A DNA stretch of 31,501 nucleotides, taken from IMG/VR virus record IMGVR_UViG_3300007630_000016, positions 1-31,501 of that record; one strand, 5' to 3'. Origin of the DNA: a virus (Duplodnaviria > Caudoviricetes). The notes under the pieces are model-generated. The model ran no database searches and had not been told where the DNA came from. It was given only the letters and a program-made list of their open reading frames with translations. The position numbers were made by a program, and so were the translations under genes. Of this stretch, positions 25,981 to 31,501 are shown piece after piece (within the stretch, counting starts at the first letter, position 1; each line of letters opens with the position of its first letter).

Positions 25981-28394
25981 TGGCAGGTAAAGACGTTTAT
26001 AATATAACACTACCAGACGGCACAACAGTGCCCGTTCCAGCATGGGCCAGTGAAGGCACTATGGAGATGCTGGCGGCACAGCTTGGACTAAATTATAGTT
26101 TAGATAAAAAGCTAGTTGAAGAAGTTTATAAAATAAATCTCGATACATCTTCGGCAGAAAAAACATTTAAAGACGCGGTTGATAGAATTGTTAAAAACCA
26201 GAGAGACACTGCTAAAGCGGAAGAAAAAAGCCGTGAACGATTTGTTAAAGGTTTAGCTAGCAGCACTGCTGGTTTAATAGATAAATTAAACAACACTGAA
26301 AAACCATTGTCAACTTTCCTAGATCTATCTAAGTCAGCAGCAAGTGGATTAGGCAAAGGAATAGGTGAATTAGTAGGCGGCTCTGAGCGTGGCGCAGCGT
26401 TTTTAAAGTCAACATTTGGAAAACTTAGCAGTTCTGCCGCCGACCTAGGTGGTGATGTAGTAGCGGCACTTTTAGGTTTTAACGTAGCAAAATTAGAACA
26501 GTTTGAAGAAGCACAGCGAACAATGATTAATTCTGGTGCTATTTTCTTTGAAGGATCACGTGCCTACCATAATTTATATCAGAGATCAATAGAAGCTGGT
26601 ATTTCATATACACAGATGAGTAAAATTGTTTCTGAATATGGTGCTGGTATACAAGCACTAGGACATGGTGTCTCTAGTGGTACTGATACATTCTTACAAT
26701 TCTTTAACGATTTAAATGATTCAAGTGACGTAATAGGTGATTTTGGTTTAAGTAGTGAGCAAATGGCAAGATCATTTGCTGAGTATATTAACATAGCACG
26801 TCTAACTGGTAGACTAAACAGAGATACTATAGGTGCTCAAGAACCGTTAGCAAAAAGTTACAAAACACTAATGTTAGAAACAACAGCGTTAGCATCATTA
26901 ACTGGACAAAGCAGAGATGAAATTCTGCAGAAACGTATGGCATCAATCAGTGATCCTGAAACCGCCGCAGCACTAAAAATAATGCGAGAATCAGGCAGTG
27001 TACAACAAGCAGATCTCTTTGAATCTCTAGTAACACAATTTGCCATGGCAGGAGAAGAAATGGGCGCTCCTGGGCAGCAGCTAATGGACGCTATCAGTAG
27101 AGAAGCCTTTAGAAGTGCTGAAAATATAGAAGATTTTGATGTTAGAGGCGTATTAATGGCAACAAACCCAGACTTACTTGGTGCCTTTGATTCTATGGAT
27201 AGTAGTTTCATAGACGGCATCAATCAAGCCGTTCGAACTGGTAAAGTAGCTGGTGGTAATATACTAAACTTTATTTTAAAATCTTACGCAGATTTACAAG
27301 ACACCGGTGTTGATCTAGCACGTCTATCAGCAGACGCAAGCAACCCGTACTTGGAAAGCATAATGGCTATTAGTGCAGGCTCTTTACAAGTATCCACACA
27401 ATTTAGAAATCTTATTGATGCTTCTGGATCTGAACTAGAAGCAAAGATTAGAGAATCACAAGCCGCCCTTGCAGCTTCAGGACCAGCAACAGTGGCAATG
27501 AACAAAATTACAGAATCATTTATGAAACTACAAGAACGTATTACGTTTCCACTAGATGATCTTGCAAATGTTTCTGAAACATTAGCTAGTGTTATGCTTG
27601 ATGCTGTTGATTGGTTTAAAGATAGAGAAGAACATTCAGTGCCTATTGCTACTCCTTTATCACAATCTGATTATACAAGTAGAGTAGAAAATATGATGCA
27701 AGTAGTAGCATACAGCAACTTGGGCGCAGATTTACAAGGCATAAGATCAGAATATAATAGTATGCAGCCTGTTCCATATGATCAAAATCTACTTGATGAT
27801 CATGGGTATGACACATCAATTCTTGAAGTTGCAATACATCCTATTTTAAGCCAAAAGGTTTACCGACTTCCAGAACAGCTAGCCGATATTGGACAATATA
27901 TGTATATGCCTGAAGGTCAATTCTCTGGTGGTAATGTTTCCGCTAATACCCCTTATATTGTTGGTGAAAATCGTCCTGGTGGCATGGGTGAATTATTTGT
28001 ACCACAAACAGCGGGTCGTATTTTCTCTAACGATGATTCAATGGGCATGTTCAATATGGCGCCAATGATAGCAGCAATAGGACAAGCGACCGCAGCACTT
28101 GGTTCGTTAAATTCGGGGCAGATAATGTCTCCAGTAAATAATATTGATTCTACTAAATCAAATACTCTAAACATTAGTAATTCAGTAGATGTAACTCCAA
28201 GAGTTAATAGAACACTTAGTAGACTTGAATATCCAGAATCAACTGGCACAACTGGTAGAAACACAAATAACAGTGGACTAAAGTCTGCATTGGAAGAAGC
28301 CGCCGCCATTAAAAACAACTATTTAAACACATTAAGACAATTGGAAGATGTTGTCAAGCATTATGGCAGACTGAATGATCCACTGAGATCATAA
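25980..28394 (+). CDS. Tape-measure-like protein 3
   Basis: Paralogous helical core; GGNVSANTPYIVGEN....GELFVPQTAGRIFSN matches the common tape-measure C-terminal motif. Confidence 0.75.
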   Translation: MAGKDVYNITLPDGTTVPVPAWASEGTMEMLAAQLGLNYSLDKKLVEEVYKINLDTSSAEKTFKDAVDRIVKNQRDTAKAEEKSRERFVKGLASSTAGLIDKLNNTEKPLSTFLDLSKSAASGLGKGIGELVGGSERGAAFLKSTFGKLSSSAADLGGDVVAALLGFNVAKLEQFEEAQRTMINSGAIFFEGSRAYHNLYQRSIEAGISYTQMSKIVSEYGAGIQALGHGVSSGTDTFLQFFNDLNDSSDVIGDFGLSSEQMARSFAEYINIARLTGRLNRDTIGAQEPLAKSYKTLMLETTALASLTGQSRDEILQKRMASISDPETAAALKIMRESGSVQQADLFESLVTQFAMAGEEMGAPGQQLMDAISREAFRSAENIEDFDVRGVLMATNPDLLGAFDSMDSSFIDGINQAVRTGKVAGGNILNFILKSYADLQDTGVDLARLSADASNPYLESIMAISAGSLQVSTQFRNLIDASGSELEAKIRESQAALAASGPATVAMNKITESFMKLQERITFPLDDLANVSETLASVMLDAVDWFKDREEHSVPIATPLSQSDYTSRVENMMQVVAYSNLGADLQGIRSEYNSMQPVPYDQNLLDDHGYDTSILEVAIHPILSQKVYRLPEQLADIGQYMYMPEGQFSGGNVSANTPYIVGENRPGGMGELFVPQTAGRIFSNDDSMGMFNMAPMIAAIGQATAALGSLNSGQIMSPVNNIDSTKSNTLNISNSVDVTPRVNRTLSRLEYPESTGTTGRNTNNSGLKSALEEAAAIKNNYLNTLRQLEDVVKHYGRLNDPLRS

Positions 28395-28406
28395 TTATTT
28401 TTTTGC

Positions 28407-28412
28407 TAAATA
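28407..28412 (+). promoter_or_regulatory. Putative late promoter (TAAATA) for portal
   Basis: Motif in the 43-bp gap before the portal ATG. Confidence 0.55.
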
Positions 28413-28437
28413 CACTATAATTAAAGGTATACCCCTG

Positions 28438-30108
28438 ATGAGCTGGAAAAAGCATTTTACAAAATACGAGCCTAGCAATGGAATTCGTGCTAGAGCAAAT
28501 AGATGGCAAAGCTGGTTGCCTGAGGTTTACTCCGGGCAGCCTAATCGTGTTGAGCGTTATACACAGTATGACCAAATGGATATGGACAGTGAGATTAACG
28601 CAGCACTGGATACTATCGCTGAATTTGCCACACAAACAAATCCAGACACCCGCCTGCCTTTTGAAATACATTACAAGGATGATGCAACTGAAAGCGAAGT
28701 AAATGCTATCACTACAGCATTGAATCAGTGGTGCAATATTAATGATTGGGAACGCAGAATGTTTGGGGTATTCCGTTCATCTATCAAATACGGCGATCAG
28801 TTGTTTATTCGTGATCCAGAGACATATAAACTAATCTGGGTTGATCCAGCTGATGTGAGCAAAGCCATTGTCAACGAGAGCAAAGGCAAAGAAATTGATC
28901 AGTATATGATAAAAAATATCAACCTAAATTTAACAGATTTAGTTACTACTGATACTAAAAAGCTAAACAACATGGCTGGTGCAGGTTCAACGTCATTTAC
29001 TACAGCACTGTCAGCACAATCAGGTGTTTATCAGGGCGGCTATAGTTCAAACAATACTGAGTATGCAGTTGACGCAGCACACGTTGTACACATTGCACTA
29101 ACAGATGGTATGAGTGCTAACTGGCCATTTGGCAATAGTATCTTAGACAGCATTTTTAAAGTATACAAGCAAAAGGAACTACTGGAAGATAGTATTATTA
29201 TCTATCGTGTTCAACGTGCGCCAGAGCGCCGTGTGTTCTACATTGACGTTGGTAACATGCCAGCACACAAAGCAATGGGTTTTGTTGAGCGTGTTAAGAA
29301 CGAAGTACACCAGACACGTATTCCAAATAAAACAGGCGGTGGCACAAATATTATTGATGCAGCATACAACCCATTAAGTATTATGGAAGACTATTTCTTC
29401 GCTCAAACCGCAGAAGGGCGTGGTAGTAAAGTTGAAGTGTTGCCAGGCGGCGACAACTTGGGTGAGATTGACGACCTAAAGTATTTCAACAACAAACTAA
29501 TGCGTGGTTTACGTATTCCAAGTAGCTATCTACCAACAGGTCCAGAGGATGGTACGGCAACATATCAAGACGGTAAAGTAGGAACGGCACTTATTCAGGA
29601 ATTCCGTTTCAGTAAATATTGTGAGCGACTACAGTTAGTTCTACAGCCAAGTTTAGATAAAGAATTTAAACGTTTCCTTAAACACAAAGGTATTGAAATT
29701 CCAAGTAGTCTTTTTGACTTACACTTTACTGAGCCACAGAGCTTTAGTCAGTACCGTGAGATTGAAATTGAAGCAGCACGTGCCAGTGTATTTGGTAGCT
29801 TAGAAGGCGTAAGTTATCTAAGCCGTAGATTCCTATTCAGCAAGTACTTGGGCTTGAACGAAGATGAGATTAAAGAAAACGAGCGCATGTGGCGTGAAGA
29901 AAGTGGAGATCACGAAGGATCAGACGGGTTTGATGCCAAAGGTGAACTAGGTGGGCTAGGTGTCCGCGCCGGTGATGTTGAAGGGTTTGAACCAACAGAA
30001 TTTGATACTGGCGAAGAGGGCGAGGACCTAGGCGGAGATTTAGATATTGAAGCAGGCGGTGAATCACCACTTGGCGGCACCACAGGGGGAGCAGAAAATG
30101 AGATTTAA
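28438..30108 (+). CDS. gp20: Portal protein, T4 gp20-like
   Basis: LLEDSIIIYRVQRAPERRVFYIDVGNMP..KA, EDYFF...EGRGSKVEVLPGG.NLGEIDDLKYF..KL.RGLRIP.S. Confidence 0.96.
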   Translation: MSWKKHFTKYEPSNGIRARANRWQSWLPEVYSGQPNRVERYTQYDQMDMDSEINAALDTIAEFATQTNPDTRLPFEIHYKDDATESEVNAITTALNQWCNINDWERRMFGVFRSSIKYGDQLFIRDPETYKLIWVDPADVSKAIVNESKGKEIDQYMIKNINLNLTDLVTTDTKKLNNMAGAGSTSFTTALSAQSGVYQGGYSSNNTEYAVDAAHVVHIALTDGMSANWPFGNSILDSIFKVYKQKELLEDSIIIYRVQRAPERRVFYIDVGNMPAHKAMGFVERVKNEVHQTRIPNKTGGGTNIIDAAYNPLSIMEDYFFAQTAEGRGSKVEVLPGGDNLGEIDDLKYFNNKLMRGLRIPSSYLPTGPEDGTATYQDGKVGTALIQEFRFSKYCERLQLVLQPSLDKEFKRFLKHKGIEIPSSLFDLHFTEPQSFSQYREIEIEAARASVFGSLEGVSYLSRRFLFSKYLGLNEDEIKENERMWREESGDHEGSDGFDAKGELGGLGVRAGDVEGFEPTEFDTGEEGEDLGGDLDIEAGGESPLGGTTGGAENEI

Positions 30109-30301
30109 AGAAGTAGATAACGGAACACGTAAAGCAGAAGATGACGAGTATGGCACTTGGAAAATTGATGACACTCGCCGCCCACGTTTAACGCTAAAGC
30201 ATATTAATAAAATGCGCAATAGTCGTGAAATGAAACGTGCTGAACATCAGCGAGAAGTAGAGCAATTTAAGGATATGTATAGTCCTGGAGACGCTGAATA
30301 A
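30098..30301 (+). CDS. Small head-associated protein (67 aa)
   Basis: ATG 30098 with GGAG RBS, overlapping the portal end; DTRRPRLTLKHINKMR; position of T4 gp67/68. Confidence 0.7.
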   Translation: MRFKEVDNGTRKAEDDEYGTWKIDDTRRPRLTLKHINKMRNSREMKRAEHQREVEQFKDMYSPGDAE

Positions 30302-30312
30302 AACGCTTATTT

Positions 30313-30392
30313 TATAAATAAATTTTAAGACTATATCAAAATCGCGGTTTTAACCGCATTTCGTTATGGTCTGAACCAAAGTGTCTTAAATA
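30313..30392 (+). promoter_or_regulatory. Late promoter motifs flanking a hairpin upstream of scaffold gene
   Basis: Perfect TATAAATA 30313-30320, GCGGTT/AACCGC inverted repeat 30344-30357, TAAATA 30387-30392, then AAGGAG RBS. Confidence 0.6.
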
Positions 30393-30435
30393 ATAATGTT
30401 ATAACCTACACCTATATAGAAAAGGAGATTTAACA

Positions 30436-31254
30436 ATGAGAGCTCAAGATCGTTATACAAAGATCATTGAAAGCCTAGTGAACGGTGATTCAGCATCAGC
30501 TGAAGATCTACTACATGAGGCTTTTGTTGAAAAAGCTCGCGAGATCTGGAGTGATCTTGTTGAGCAAGATGAAATCGTTGAAGATGACATCGCAGAAGAA
30601 GAATTAGAAGAAGCATTTGGCGATGAAGAATCAGATGACTTCCTAAACGACATTGAAACAGCAGACGAAGAAATCGAAGCTGAAGAAGCATTCGGTGAAG
30701 CTGAAGATGAAGATGAAGGCGAACTAGACGCAGACATGGAACTAGCAGCAGATGACGGTTTCGACGCAGAAGGCGGCGAAGGCGGTGTTGAAGATGCTAT
30801 GATGAGTGTTGAAGATGCGCTAGCTGACCTAAAAGCAGAATTTGCAAAGCTAATGGGCGACGACATGGACGACGACATGGACGACATGGATGACATGGAC
30901 ATGGGCGACGACGAAGAAGAAGTTGAAGAAGAATTTACTTTTGAAGCTGACGAAGAAGAACTAGAAGAAGAAGCTGAAGAACTAGAAGAATCAGCTGAAC
31001 TACACAAAGTTGGCAAAGACAAAGCTATCCACCCTGTAGACATGCCAGCTGGCGATGACAGTAAAGCATCACCAGTAAGCAAAGGCCTAGAGGATCCATT
31101 TAGTGGCAAGGGTAACAATACAAAAGCTGACCCAGTAGATTTCACAGGCGGCAAAGAAGCAGGCCGTTCAGCACCAAAAGCAGCATCAATGTCAGGTTTC
31201 AAACACCCAGGCGAAGGTGCAAGTCTATCAGCAGCACCAAAGGCAAAGAGATAA
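30436..31254 (+). CDS. Highly acidic prohead core/scaffold-like protein
   Basis: Very D/E-rich 272-aa ORF with strong RBS between portal and prohead protease. Confidence 0.75.
   Translation: MRAQDRYTKIIESLVNGDSASAEDLLHEAFVEKAREIWSDLVEQDEIVEDDIAEEELEEAFGDEESDDFLNDIETADEEIEAEEAFGEAEDEDEGELDADMELAADDGFDAEGGEGGVEDAMMSVEDALADLKAEFAKLMGDDMDDDMDDMDDMDMGDDEEEVEEEFTFEADEEELEEEAEELEESAELHKVGKDKAIHPVDMPAGDDSKASPVSKGLEDPFSGKGNNTKADPVDFTGGKEAGRSAPKAASMSGFKHPGEGASLSAAPKAKR
30859..30912 (+). repeat. Coding low-complexity repeat (GACGACATG)n encoding DDM
   Basis: gacgacatggacgacgacatggacgacatggatgacatggacatg in frame in the scaffold gene. Confidence 0.7.
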
Positions 31255-31257
31255 AAG

Positions 31258-31501
31258 ATGCGTCCACTTAGAGAACACCTAACATTTGATCAAGCAAGTA
31301 TCGTAACCGAGGCACGTGAAGACGGCCGCGGCGGTAAAAACTTGTTCATGGAGGGTATCTTTGTTCAGGGTGACAAACGCAATCAAAACCAACGAGTTTA
31401 TCCAGTATCAGAAATTGCAAAGGCAGTTAAATCAGTTCAAAGCAAAATCGAATCTGGTTATTCAGTTTTAGGCGAAGCAGATCATCCAGATGATCTACAA
31501 G
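31258..31501 (+). CDS. gp21: Prohead core protease, T4 gp21-like (truncated by window edge)
   Basis: Not in ORF track. MRPLREHLTFD...LFMEGIFVQGDKRNQNQRVYP...LGEADHP. Confidence 0.92.
   Translation, partial: MRPLREHLTFDQASIVTEAREDGRGGKNLFMEGIFVQGDKRNQNQRVYPVSEIAKAVKSVQSKIESGYSVLGEADHPDDLQ

Noticed and set aside
30453-31202. 249-aa Ser-rich minus-strand ORF
   Set aside because: Antisense shadow of the GAA/GAC-rich acidic gene.
1-31501. Alternative genetic code (stop-codon reassignment)
   Set aside because: Standard code gives long, tightly packed ORFs; the one split gene is explained by a frameshift signal.

Overview
A 31.5-kb segment of a large, AT-rich T4-related (jumbo-type) myophage genome. 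Left, minus strand: a baseplate/tail operon (large wedge protein cut by the window edge, gp6-, gp25-, gp5-, hub-, gp53- and tube-initiator-like genes) that also holds an HNH nuclease, a degenerate lysozyme and an HxGH nucleotidyltransferase. Middle, plus strand: gp55-like late sigma factor, gp47/gp46 (Mre11/Rad50), an AT-rich island with two 2OG-Fe(II)-type oxygenases, and a Holliday junction resolvase. These are followed by about 620 bp of non-coding DNA containing a densely base-paired candidate RNA and two C(GAA)G hairpins. Right: a gp26-like chaperone, three tandem paralogous tape-measure-like genes, portal, a small head protein, an acidic scaffold-like protein and the start of the gp21 prohead protease. 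Best leads: (1) an unannotated -1 programmed frameshift (A AAU UUU UUC plus a 9-bp hairpin) joining gp26 to a start-less gp51-like frame; (2) the candidate pseudoknotted ncRNA/origin element; (3) a tape-measure triad with different C-terminal cell-wall hydrolases, alongside an apparently inactivated baseplate lysozyme. All protein calls come from motif recognition and synteny; no searches were run.
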